A stretch of 64,000 nt of DNA from an uncultured bacterium (GTDB lineage Bacteria; Actinomycetota; Coriobacteriia; Coriobacteriales; Eggerthellaceae): positions 4,077 to 68,076 of the forward strand of contig CAJMOJ010000002.1 in assembly GCA_905215035.1 (NCBI GenBank), read 5' to 3'. Below are positions 29,276 through 38,273 of the stretch, piece by piece. Below the pieces are notes generated by a model that did no database searches, was not told the origin of the DNA, and saw only the letters and a list, made by a program, of their open reading frames with translations. Position 1 is the first letter of the stretch. The number at the start of each line of letters is the position of its first letter. The position numbers were made by a program, and so were the translations under genes.

Positions 29276-29679
29276 AAATCAACTTCTTCCCATGATTCAA
29301 AAGATAACCCTGGCACACGTTTAAACTCGGCATAATTATTGGTGACCAAAACTGCGCCGTGAGCTAATGCTGTTGCGGCAATCAAATAATCATTGCCGCC
29401 AATGGTCTGTCCTTTGCGTTCAAGATCTGCTCGTATTCGTGCATAATGCATTGCGCACGCCTCATCAAACGGAACAATCTCAAAGGGCAGCAAAAGGGAC
29501 TCGACTCTCAAGCGCTCCTCCTCAGGACGAGCGCTTTTTTCTGCACCTAAAAGAAGTTCTGCCTTTACCACTGCAGGAACCTTAAAAAGACTTGCATCAC
29601 TATTCATAAGCAGTTCATAACCTGCAAGTAGTTTGCCTCGCAAAAAACTTATGAAGATGTTTGAATCGATGTAATACAT
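29272..29679 (-). CDS. vapC: VapC-family PIN-domain toxin
   Basis: IDSNI, AELLLGA, IGGNDYLIAATA, LVTNN..EF.RVPGL. Confidence 0.93.
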   Translation of the reverse strand: MYYIDSNIFISFLRGKLLAGYELLMNSDASLFKVPAVVKAELLLGAEKSARPEEERLRVESLLLPFEIVPFDEACAMHYARIRADLERKGQTIGGNDYLIAATALAHGAVLVTNNYAEFKRVPGLSFESWEEVDF

Positions 29680-29687
29680 TATTACTC

Positions 29688-29930
29688 CTACAGCGTATCC
29701 AAAGGAGCAACAGGCTCTGGGGCAGGATCAATAACATCGGGGAAATCTGGTGAACTTCCAAATAGATCAAAATACCCTGGTGGCCATCCATTAACCCATC
29801 CCCGTTCGTTTTCATGGCGCTTCTCTAGTACTTCTCGCGCATATGACGAGATTGACTTTCCAGCAGCTTCAGCATCTGAACGCAATGCCTCCATCGAAAC
29901 ATCATCCATATAAAGCGATAGTTGTGCCAT
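29688..29930 (-). CDS. Antitoxin with an RHH-like N-terminus, cognate to VapC
   Basis: MAQLSLYMDD..GKSISSY, WPPGYFDLFGS; lies 8 bp upstream of vapC. Confidence 0.85.
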   Translation of the reverse strand: MAQLSLYMDDVSMEALRSDAEAAGKSISSYAREVLEKRHENERGWVNGWPPGYFDLFGSSPDFPDVIDPAPEPVAPLDTL

Positions 29931-29971
29931 AAGATGCCCCTCCCTCGATAAATCTTACTAGATCTTATCGA

Positions 29972-30005
29972 AACAAGTATATAACAAGTATATACTTAGT
30001 TGCAA
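29972..30005 (-). promoter_or_regulatory. Probable vapBC promoter and operator
   Basis: TTGCAA-18-TATACT on the minus strand; palindrome AAGTATATACTT at 29986-29997; direct repeat AACAAGTATAT x2. Confidence 0.6.
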
Positions 30006-30155
30006 GAAATAGAGGCTTGCACTCGTAGCACTTTTCTTGCTTGATGACTGCTCTACATTGTTTGGCAATTGTCTTATCTTGCTTAACGATTATCTTGCTT
30101 GGCGGCCGTCCTATTTGACGACCACCCCATTGAGCCATCCCATCAATCGTCCTAA

Positions 30156-31094
30156 TTAGTGATGTCGTAGGGCATCACGAGCAAGCAGAGTTACCGTAAG
30201 ACCGCGAGTATTCTTTTTATCTAAGTTGCGATAGGCAACCATAAAGCCATCGCTTTTACCATAAGCTTCCACCATATTAAGACCAGAAAGCTCACCTTTT
30301 ACCCCTTGCACCCATCGCTCAACATCCGATTTACTGCTACCCATTTTTTTCGTCGGGTCGAGGCCAGGACCATCGTCAGAAAAATCAATTCTTCGTCCTT
30401 GGTCATACACCTTAACAACAATGTTTTCGTAGTATGCATGAGCAAAGTTTTTACATAGTTCATAAATAGGCGCAAAAGAGATAGATCCGGAGCCCCCGCT
30501 TGCTTTCTCGTAAACCGCCTGCGCTAATTGAGCAACAAACGCAGACGCATCATCTGGCTCTATCCAGCTGATTTCTTCTTCCTCATCAGCGATTGTAATA
30601 ATCTGAGCAGGGTTGCGCACATATAGGAAGTCATCAGATATCGATGGATGGGATTGCATTAGGCGATGCCTATTGTTACGCCATGCCAGTTCATCACGAA
30701 GCTGATTGCGCGGCCGCTTCATCCAACCAGGTTTGCCTTCCCGTTTATCTTTATCATGCTGTTCACATAAGTCGTAATAACGGCCAAGCACGTTGCTATA
30801 CGAAAGGGGGATATCATTTGGCCGCAGACACTTTCGTAAAAAAGAAAGAAGGTTGTCTGCCCCACCTGGTACATCGCTAACTTTTACGTCAACACCACAT
30901 ATTTTGAGAAGGCTCTGAAGCGCATCTAAGCACGATAATCCTTCTGTCTCTATAAGGAACTTTAACGGATCTCTCATCATTTTTTCCGTATCAATGGTGC
31001 GCTTTTTCTTGCTTGCGCCATCAATACAAAGAATGTTTGATCGAATAATGAATTTATGTGATTGAATGATCCCTATTGCTTTTTTAATGTTCAT
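30156..31094 (-). CDS. Hypothetical protein with a degenerate GHKL/HATPase_c-like C-terminal domain
   Basis: ELCKNFAHA (N-box-like), SDDGPGL (G1), SGLNMV, RGLTVTL; ATG 31094 after AGGAG. Confidence 0.65.
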   Translation of the reverse strand: MNIKKAIGIIQSHKFIIRSNILCIDGASKKKRTIDTEKMMRDPLKFLIETEGLSCLDALQSLLKICGVDVKVSDVPGGADNLLSFLRKCLRPNDIPLSYSNVLGRYYDLCEQHDKDKREGKPGWMKRPRNQLRDELAWRNNRHRLMQSHPSISDDFLYVRNPAQIITIADEEEEISWIEPDDASAFVAQLAQAVYEKASGGSGSISFAPIYELCKNFAHAYYENIVVKVYDQGRRIDFSDDGPGLDPTKKMGSSKSDVERWVQGVKGELSGLNMVEAYGKSDGFMVAYRNLDKKNTRGLTVTLLARDALRHH

Positions 31095-31443
31095 CTTGGC
31101 TCTCCTATTCCGCACGTACCCATCATTACGAAGCACGCGATCTTACCAAGCTCCGCCATGCGACAATTGCAGCAATCAGCTACGCTACGCAGCAGCCAAC
31201 CAGGTTGAGCAGTAATCAACCGCGTTATACAGCAACCAATCCCAGCTTGATTGCTGCAAGTATAGATACATGCCTCTATCTAAGAGTGCCAATATAGGGA
31301 CTTGATCTGCTCCCTTTAATTTCGTTACCCTCTCTCTATAACGCTCTCCACCACGTGACGATTATTTGTAATTGTCTGCACACTAACCGCGTTACCCTTG
31401 CAATAAAAATAATCAAGCGATATAAAAATAATCAAGGATCGAT

Positions 31444-31668
31444 ATGGCTGACTTCGAAATTTTAGATCGTGCTTATCTTGAAGCCATGTTGCAGCTTGAT
31501 GCCCCCTATAATTCTGCCATTGCAACAAAAATGGGAAAGACAAATTCTTATGCGCTCCAATATAAAAATAGACTTATGAGCCAAGGGGTTATTGGGGAGG
31601 ATTTCGATGGGTCTCTCTCCTTCCAAATGCCACTCATGGAGTCTTTTCTCAAGGACCTCTATAGCTAA
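31444..31668 (+). pseudogene. Probable C-terminal winged-helix remnant of an AAA-type ATP-binding protein
   Basis: YLEAM..IATKMGKTNSYALQYKNRLMSQGVIG..SFQMPLMESFL; no ATPase part upstream. Confidence 0.5.
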
Positions 31669-31839
31669 GCATGCAGCTAAAGATGCATTTTTGACAATAT
31701 CTCCAGTAAGCTGCCCTTTATAAATCTTTACTTATCATCTCCAAAAAGACAAAAAGTAAAGATTTTACGGATTACCAGGAATATTTACCGATCATTAGAA
31801 ATATTTGATGCGTTAATTAATGTATCAATGAAGCCAGGT

Positions 31840-32931
31840 TTACGAATGATCTTTAGGCGCAAAATAATGATTGGGGTTCACTAAGAAACCAAGCTTTCCC
31901 ACATGATTCAGAACCCACAAAACGCCGATAGGTAAAAGATATATCACCACAAGGGCTCCCAAAATATGGGCAGGTGCATACAACATAGCTAGTGCGCCTG
32001 TTGTCTGCACACCCGCTAAGGACAGAATATAAAACCAGCTCTTCATAAACATTGGATGCAACAACCAGATTGCTTTGGTATACCCATCGATAAACTTATA
32101 AAAGCCAATTTGTGACCCATCGCCAAATTGACCTCCAAAAATAACAGTAAACCAAAAAAGGCCAGTTGCCGTAAGTATCGCCGAGAGCACCGGTGCTGGA
32201 GTGCTGAATGCAAAAAGGATCACACTTAAGATAAGCCACCCTATTGAGATCAGGGCCACATTTGCCGGTTTAGCGCTCGCTCTAAATAGCATGCGCGTCT
32301 TATCTTCTGCCTGCCACGCAAGTGCCATTCCAGCTATAAACCAAATCCATGATCCGCAAAAGTTTTGAACCACATAAGGCAACGCAGAAAAGCTGGCTGC
32401 TGTCGAAGGATGAAGCGCAAAGATGATCGCAAGTACTTTAACAATTACCGCTGCAATCAAAAACCCTAAAGCACGTTTGCGCGTTACAAACGTAGGAGTC
32501 AGCGCATACATCACCAAAGCAACTAGGAAGAATCCAACAGGGATCACAGGGTCAACAAAGGTGGTGTACAGAAGATTTTCTAAACTAAACGATGGGTTTG
32601 TGCCTACCCAGCTATTCACCAAAAGCGTAAAAAACGTTATGAACACAAGCGGCACCAGCATATATACCACTTGATACTTCATACTATGGCACCAATCTAC
32701 CAGGTTTTGTACGCGCCATTGTTTCTGGAATAGATATCCATAGCCGAAATAGAAAATGGGCAGCTGAAATACAAAGAAGCATGATTCAGCCCAATGATAG
32801 ACAACATCGCCTGGTAAACAACCAAACTCCACCATGGCTTTGCAGAATCCCCCCAACGCAATCAAAAGCGATGCGGTTGATTCCATATTGAAGATCCATG
32901 TATTGGGTATGTTCTTTTGCTCTATCGGCAT
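31840..32931 (-). CDS. Acyltransferase-3-like polytopic membrane protein
   Basis: About 10 TM segments; FQLPIFYFGYGYL and IWLLHP resemble AT3 motifs. Confidence 0.7.
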   Translation of the reverse strand: MPIEQKNIPNTWIFNMESTASLLIALGGFCKAMVEFGCLPGDVVYHWAESCFFVFQLPIFYFGYGYLFQKQWRVQNLVDWCHSMKYQVVYMLVPLVFITFFTLLVNSWVGTNPSFSLENLLYTTFVDPVIPVGFFLVALVMYALTPTFVTRKRALGFLIAAVIVKVLAIIFALHPSTAASFSALPYVVQNFCGSWIWFIAGMALAWQAEDKTRMLFRASAKPANVALISIGWLILSVILFAFSTPAPVLSAILTATGLFWFTVIFGGQFGDGSQIGFYKFIDGYTKAIWLLHPMFMKSWFYILSLAGVQTTGALAMLYAPAHILGALVVIYLLPIGVLWVLNHVGKLGFLVNPNHYFAPKDHS

Positions 32932-33116
32932 GTTTGTCTACTCTGCCATAAACGCCTTAGGCTTACGCTTTTCCTTGGACTTGCATTTTGCTTCGTAGTC
33001 CTATCATAGGCTTACAGGAGGTAGATCAACTGCTGTTTTGGCTGATGTTGTCGATGTGACACCAACTAGAAGCTAATGCAATCTCATCCCAATTTCAATT
33101 TCAAAAGACAAAAATC

Positions 33117-34070
33117 CTATTCTGTAAGGAAATTCATGACGAGCGAGGTCATGATGTCTTTTTCTTTAGGCTTTGATTCGGCAATCATGATGGTTGTTGC
33201 TACAAGAGCGCTGTCGCTCACAGCCTTTTGTCCACCTTTGTAGAGCAGCCCATTTTTTTCCAAGAAGTAGAGGAATATGGTCGCTGCAATTCGCTTGTTT
33301 CCATCGTGGAACGAGTGGTTCTTTACAATGAGATAGAGGAGGTTCGCCGCTTTCTCCTGAACGGACGAATAAAGCTCCTCGCCTCCGAATGACTGATAGA
33401 TTGTTGCGATACTACTCTTGAATGAATCATCTTTCTCAACACCAAAAAGATCACTCTCGTCATTAAATCTGAGAGTTTTAATTAGCTCCATGCACTCGTC
33501 ATAATTAAGAACATAAACAGTATTGGTTCCGGTCCGCTTCGCGATACGCTGATGATCGTAGTCATCAAGAAGATCAAGAGCCGATGCATAACTCTTCACC
33601 ACTTCAAGTACTTGACTCGTATCTAGCTCGTCAGAAACACGCTCAAGAAGTCCCACAGTCTGCGCAAGTTGTTGAAGTCGATATTCATTTTCAGCACGCC
33701 CCTTGATGATGTACTTGCGAAGCACATCTGTTGCCCAGCGTCTGAACTCAATACCGCGCTGAGATTTAACACGGTACCCAACTGAAATAATCATATCGAG
33801 ACTGTAGTGTTCAACCTGGTAAGTTTTCCCATCGGCAGCAGTTGTCGCAAATTTTGCGACAACTGAATCAGAAGACCCATCAAGTTCTTCTTTTAAGGCA
33901 TTAGAAATATGTTTGCCGATAGTTTTAACGTCACGATCAAACAATATCGCCATCTGCTTGCGATTAAGCCACACTTCGTCCCTGTTTGCATCAACCGTGA
34001 CATCAAGCTCAACTGTTCCATCAGCCGACTCAAACAAAACAATATGAGTGTTGCTAGCGATTTCGGACAT
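33117..34070 (-). CDS. RhuM/Fic-Doc family protein
   Basis: RhuM segment YSLDMIISVGYRVKSQRGIEFRRWA; Fic/Doc motif HSFHDGNKR. Confidence 0.93.
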   Translation of the reverse strand: MSEIASNTHIVLFESADGTVELDVTVDANRDEVWLNRKQMAILFDRDVKTIGKHISNALKEELDGSSDSVVAKFATTAADGKTYQVEHYSLDMIISVGYRVKSQRGIEFRRWATDVLRKYIIKGRAENEYRLQQLAQTVGLLERVSDELDTSQVLEVVKSYASALDLLDDYDHQRIAKRTGTNTVYVLNYDECMELIKTLRFNDESDLFGVEKDDSFKSSIATIYQSFGGEELYSSVQEKAANLLYLIVKNHSFHDGNKRIAATIFLYFLEKNGLLYKGGQKAVSDSALVATTIMIAESKPKEKDIMTSLVMNFLTE

Positions 34071-34244
34071 CTTTACTCCATCTTTTCTGCTTATAGCTCT
34101 ATCTTCTATCCGTATTAACTCGCTGATTTCATTATCAATACTAGTTTTTGACCTTGTAGTCTAAAACCTGCACTACGAATCCAACCAAAACGAGCCCTCA
34201 AATTAGTTCCAGTCCAACAGGCCGTCCTGTTAATCCCAAAATAC

Positions 34245-34276
34245 AAAAACAGGTCAGACACAATTGCCTGACCTGT
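34245..34276 (-). terminator. Terminator downstream of the tRNA
   Basis: ACAGGTCAG / CTGACCTGT stem followed by a T-run on the minus strand. Confidence 0.8.
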
Positions 34277-34284
34277 AGAAAATT

Positions 34285-34361
<77 letters not shown>

Positions 34362-34391
34362 CTATGTAGTTGCTGATCAACAGCAATAGCC

Positions 34392-34419
34392 ATAATAACA
34401 CGCCACCGGGCGTTTGCAA
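34392..34419 (-). promoter_or_regulatory. Sigma70-type promoter of the tRNA
   Basis: TTGCAA-16-TATTAT with an extended -10 TG. Confidence 0.6.
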
Positions 34420-34503
34420 ACCCTAAAATCTCTAAAGCACACTAAAGAACGTTTTTGGTGCGTTAAAGTACATTAAAACACCTAAGAATGCCGCTTGCCT
34501 CAG

Positions 34504-35913
34504 CTAAACAAAGGCTGCTAGCCCTAGCGCAATAAACATAATCAAGAAACCTCCAACTGCTACGCTGAACCCAATGATTAGACGCTTTGTAATGGTGTAG
34601 CGTTTTAATTGAGGAACAAGTGGCGTGAGAGGGCCAACATCAAATAGTAGCAAAGCGATACCAACAAACATAATCCCCAACCCAGTAGACGCTACTCCTA
34701 AATTGAGGGCAGGAATATTTACTTGGGATTCAGAAGGATGCACCGCGCTAAATATACATCCATAAATGAATAGCACTAAAGTAAGGAAGATCACAACATC
34801 CCATATAACCCCAATGATGATTCGACCCGGCGCTAGCTGCTTGCCATCCCCTGAGATCGACGTAGTTGACGGAGTCGATGTGTCCGATGGGACAGATGTG
34901 TCCAATGAGGCTGATGCGCACGATGGGGTCGATGTACCCGATGGAGCTGATGTAGCCGACGCAGATGAGGACTCTTTTGCCATCACAGAAAGCGCTTTCA
35001 TAAATGCCGCTTTAAGTTCTCCGACCGATTGATAACGCTGCTGCGGATCAAAAGCCGATGCTTTTCTGATCACCTGTGCAAGCACAGGATTAGCAGCGCT
35101 CAAGAATACATCACGTTTCTCTTGCGAACTAAAAGAGGCCTGCGGCGTTGCACCCGTCAACATGAAATAGAGCACCGCGCCTAGTGCATAGACATCAGAA
35201 CGAACGTCTGTCTGTCCAAATCCAAATTGCTCAGGCGGTGCATAAGATCGTGTACCGAGCGCATGCGTATCGCAATCAGACTCTTCATTAAATAGCCGTG
35301 CGATCCCAAAATCAAGCAAACAAACCTGCGGATCCATAATTTCATCAGCTGACCCATCGGCAAGAATCATAATATTGCTCGGCTTGATATCCCTATGGAT
35401 CAACTCAGGTTCAAATGCAGCATGTAACTGCATTACCGCGTCGCAGAGTTTAGGAAAGAGCAGTTGCGTTGTTTGCTCCCCTGCCCCATACTGCGCAACC
35501 CACCTGTCAAGTGTCACGCCTTCAAGATATTCCAAAATAACAACTTGATAGCCGGGAATATCGTAACATTCCAAAACACGAGGAGCGCATTCGAGTACAC
35601 GTCCCTGCTTATAAGCAAGATACAGTAATTCGTATGCGCTTCCTGCATTGGTTTGATTGGCTATTTGTTTGCGAATAAACTGTTTAGGCTCATTTAGATC
35701 GTTGGAGCCATTTGTTTTGTCGGAGTTATTTGACTCACGAGATCCCTTGGACCTGTTTGAGTCACTGGACTCATTTAGCCCATTGGGTTCATATACAACC
35801 AACTCGGTTGTTTCAAATTCGGAACTCTTTAAGGTTTTAACGACGTGATAACACGCATCATGTTCAAGATTGGCTAAACACGTTTGTAAATCAGGAGAAG
35901 TCATAGACCTCAT
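34504..35913 (-). CDS. Hanks-type Ser/Thr protein kinase with C-terminal TM helices
   Basis: IHRDIKPSNI, DFG, GTRSYAPPEQ, DVRSDVYALG, QQRY; three hydrophobic C-terminal segments. Confidence 0.93.
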   Translation of the reverse strand: MRSMTSPDLQTCLANLEHDACYHVVKTLKSSEFETTELVVYEPNGLNESSDSNRSKGSRESNNSDKTNGSNDLNEPKQFIRKQIANQTNAGSAYELLYLAYKQGRVLECAPRVLECYDIPGYQVVILEYLEGVTLDRWVAQYGAGEQTTQLLFPKLCDAVMQLHAAFEPELIHRDIKPSNIMILADGSADEIMDPQVCLLDFGIARLFNEESDCDTHALGTRSYAPPEQFGFGQTDVRSDVYALGAVLYFMLTGATPQASFSSQEKRDVFLSAANPVLAQVIRKASAFDPQQRYQSVGELKAAFMKALSVMAKESSSASATSAPSGTSTPSCASASLDTSVPSDTSTPSTTSISGDGKQLAPGRIIIGVIWDVVIFLTLVLFIYGCIFSAVHPSESQVNIPALNLGVASTGLGIMFVGIALLLFDVGPLTPLVPQLKRYTITKRLIIGFSVAVGGFLIMFIALGLAAFV

Positions 35914-35930
35914 ACTAGCAGACCATCACA

Positions 35931-36473
35931 CTAGCAGATCGTCTCTTCTTTGAAACGGTAAAGCTCGCATTCTACTTCCGCCAATGAATAGCCCTTATCA
36001 AGACAGAAAATAATGATAGCATCACGTCTATCTTTAGGATAAAGCTCGTTTGTATGTGCAGCTTGCAACAAGCGATTTGTCTCTTGTAGCGATAGCCCCA
36101 TCGCAAACGCAAGTTGAAGCATCTTATTGCGCGATCCTTGTCGCTCCCCCTTAAAGATCTGATAACCGAATGTCTCATTAAGACCCGCTGCTTTTATCAC
36201 AGCAGCACGCTTAAGGCCCTTCTTTTCTAGAAGGTAGTTCAGATAATCAGCAGCCGATCGTCTTGTAATATGATGCGCATCAGTAAAAGCAGTAGGCGAT
36301 GGTGAACTTAACAGCTCTGCTAAAAGTTGATCAGTAAGCGGCTCATCAGAAAAAGATGTATCAAGAGAAGCATGATGAGACGATGCACGATGAGACGTAT
36401 GATTCATTGGTTGCTGTTGATCAGATTGTGGCTCTTCCACACGATATCCTTCCTGATGAACAAAAAGTCTCAT
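35931..36473 (-). CDS. XRE-like HTH protein
   Basis: YLNYLLEKKGLKRAAVIKAAGLNETFGYQIFKGER..LAFAMGLSLQETNRLL; alternative GTG start at 36440 after AGGAAGGA. Confidence 0.8.
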   Translation of the reverse strand: MRLFVHQEGYRVEEPQSDQQQPMNHTSHRASSHHASLDTSFSDEPLTDQLLAELLSSPSPTAFTDAHHITRRSAADYLNYLLEKKGLKRAAVIKAAGLNETFGYQIFKGERQGSRNKMLQLAFAMGLSLQETNRLLQAAHTNELYPKDRRDAIIIFCLDKGYSLAEVECELYRFKEETIC

Positions 36474-36479
36474 TTGCTG

Positions 36480-37193
36480 TTATGACAATACCCATGATGC
36501 CGTTGGCTTATCCGAAATCATACTTGCATAATAGAGTGCTTTGGCAATATCGCCCTCAAAGTAAACATCGCCCGTAACCGTTCCGCCTGCAGCAAGAGTT
36601 CCCGAACCAAGCTCGTTATTGCTGTCTGAATAGAAAGTCATAGAGCGCTGAACACCATTTGCATCCTCAGCCTTCCAATCATACGTATTAAATGAAGCCT
36701 CTTTTGATCCATTGTTAGTATACGTTACCGTTATGCCCGTAATAGAATCGCCATTATAGTTCTTAAGCCCCGTCTGAACTGCTTGGACACTAATATCAAG
36801 CCCGTCCTCTGTAGTAATGGAAGTTCCTACAGCCAAATCAGTAGTAGCGACATCTCCCGATGCGTTTTCTGATGAAACACTTGCCGATGGGCCATTAACT
36901 GCCGAGTCAACTGCGGCACTATACATGCTTTGGGTAGCCAGCACAATAACAATCGAAATCACATTAAGCACGATTCCAGCAACAGCAATGCCCTTGCCCT
37001 TTTTCTTCCCTTTTCGGATCCCAACAAATCCAACAATCGCAAAAATTAGACCAAGCGCGGCAAGGAAGAACGCACCGTTATTAATAATGGGAAGGAATGA
37101 TGTCAAGATTGCCAGAATACCAAGCACAAGAGCAGCAATTGCCATACCCGATGTTGATTGCGACTCAGTAGTCTGCTGCATAGGTTGATCCAT
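36480..37193 (-). CDS. Membrane protein with DUF4190-like TM helices and a DUF4352-like extracellular domain
   Basis: SGMAIAALVLGI..GKGIAVAGIVL; VTYTNNG..SFN.YDWK..LGSGTLAAGGTVTG.VYF; GAGGA RBS. Confidence 0.8.
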   Translation of the reverse strand: MDQPMQQTTESQSTSGMAIAALVLGILAILTSFLPIINNGAFFLAALGLIFAIVGFVGIRKGKKKGKGIAVAGIVLNVISIVIVLATQSMYSAAVDSAVNGPSASVSSENASGDVATTDLAVGTSITTEDGLDISVQAVQTGLKNYNGDSITGITVTYTNNGSKEASFNTYDWKAEDANGVQRSMTFYSDSNNELGSGTLAAGGTVTGDVYFEGDIAKALYYASMISDKPTASWVLS

Positions 37194-37405
37194 AGATGTT
37201 CCTCTCGTTTAAAAGATGATCCATCAGAACAAACGGCATGCAGATGCCTGCACACCGTCTCCAATGTACTCACCGTTCTTTCAATACATCATGTATGGTA
37301 GAGGTACACCCACTCAAAAACATTAGCTGACAGCTAAGAGAGCGCCTAAGATTATTACTGAATTATCTGCATTAATAGCGTTTATAGTCAGCCTTCATCA
37401 CATTT

Positions 37406-37816
37406 TCAGCTCTTGATTTTAAGCTCTTCTTTGAGTGCTTTTTGAAGGGTTTGAGAAAAATTAATTCCATACTCCATCGCTCTTGCATTGAGCCACGCAG
37501 GGATGGTTACTGTTCTATTAACTGCTTTATTTGATTCGGCCTGACGCACTGATGGCATATATACATCAATGAGAACTGTCTGCTCATTGGATTCCACGGC
37601 AACATCAACAAGGGGCGTAGGACACGGAATTTCTGCGCCATCTTCTTCCAATCCAAACAAAACACAACCAAGTAACTCTCGAGCCGACAAAAGTGCATCA
37701 TCTTCACTGATGCCACTTGTCGCCACCTCTAAATCAGGAAAAGTGACCGCGATCTCACAACCAGGCTCATACGTAAATATTGCTGGATAAAAATACCTAT
37801 CATTCTTTTTCATCAT
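37406..37816 (-). CDS. hicB: HicB-family antitoxin
   Basis: YPAIF..VTFPDL..SG, C-terminal RHH NRTVTIPAWLN..INFSQTLQKAL; start 37816 or 37813. Confidence 0.92.
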   Translation of the reverse strand: MMKKNDRYFYPAIFTYEPGCEIAVTFPDLEVATSGISEDDALLSARELLGCVLFGLEEDGAEIPCPTPLVDVAVESNEQTVLIDVYMPSVRQAESNKAVNRTVTIPAWLNARAMEYGINFSQTLQKALKEELKIKS

Positions 37817-37844
37817 GTCTCCACTCGTTTGACTCAAAAAGAAA

Positions 37845-38042
37845 TCATTCAAAATAAATCCCTGCCTGTCGTTCGATACTTTTCAATGTTTTAGGCGGGA
37901 TATCCTTGTCAGGATGCTTAATTGTGACTCGTCCCTTTTTATAAGGATGTTTAAATTGATGATGACTCCCTACAACATTTACCTCATACCACCCATAAAA
38001 CTTCAGAATTCGTATAACCTCTCTCGAGCTATAACTCTTCAT
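37845..38042 (-). CDS. hicA: HicA-family toxin
   Basis: SSREVIRILK..GW...GSHHQFKH..GRVTIKHP.KD...TLKSI..QAG; start reassigned to ATG 38042. Confidence 0.93.
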   Translation of the reverse strand: MKSYSSREVIRILKFYGWYEVNVVGSHHQFKHPYKKGRVTIKHPDKDIPPKTLKSIERQAGIYFE

Positions 38043-38063
38043 TAGATCCCCTTCTTTATTAGT

Positions 38064-38118
38064 GTAACACATATTAAAATATGTGTTACCGAGTCGAAAC
38101 GATGACCATTTCGACTCG
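38064..38118. promoter_or_regulatory. Two adjacent palindromes upstream of hicA, probable operator region
   Basis: GTAACACATATT-aa-AATATGTGTTAC (38064-38089) and CGAGTCGAAA-9-TTTCGACTCG (38090-38118). Confidence 0.65.
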
Positions 38119-38273
38119 ATCATAGAAGGCGAATCTTAATTACGTCTTATAAAGGCCTTATATCCATCTTTATCGCAACTACGATACTCTGGACAGATAC
38201 GCTATTCTCGCTGCTGGCTTAACACTGCGATACACAATTAAAGAAAATAACTTGAAAATGAGAGGGCGTAGTA

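Noticed and set aside
25415..34284. Intact integrative element inserted at the tRNA 3' end
   Set aside because: No integrase, no att duplication seen, and the native-looking terminator directly follows the tRNA.
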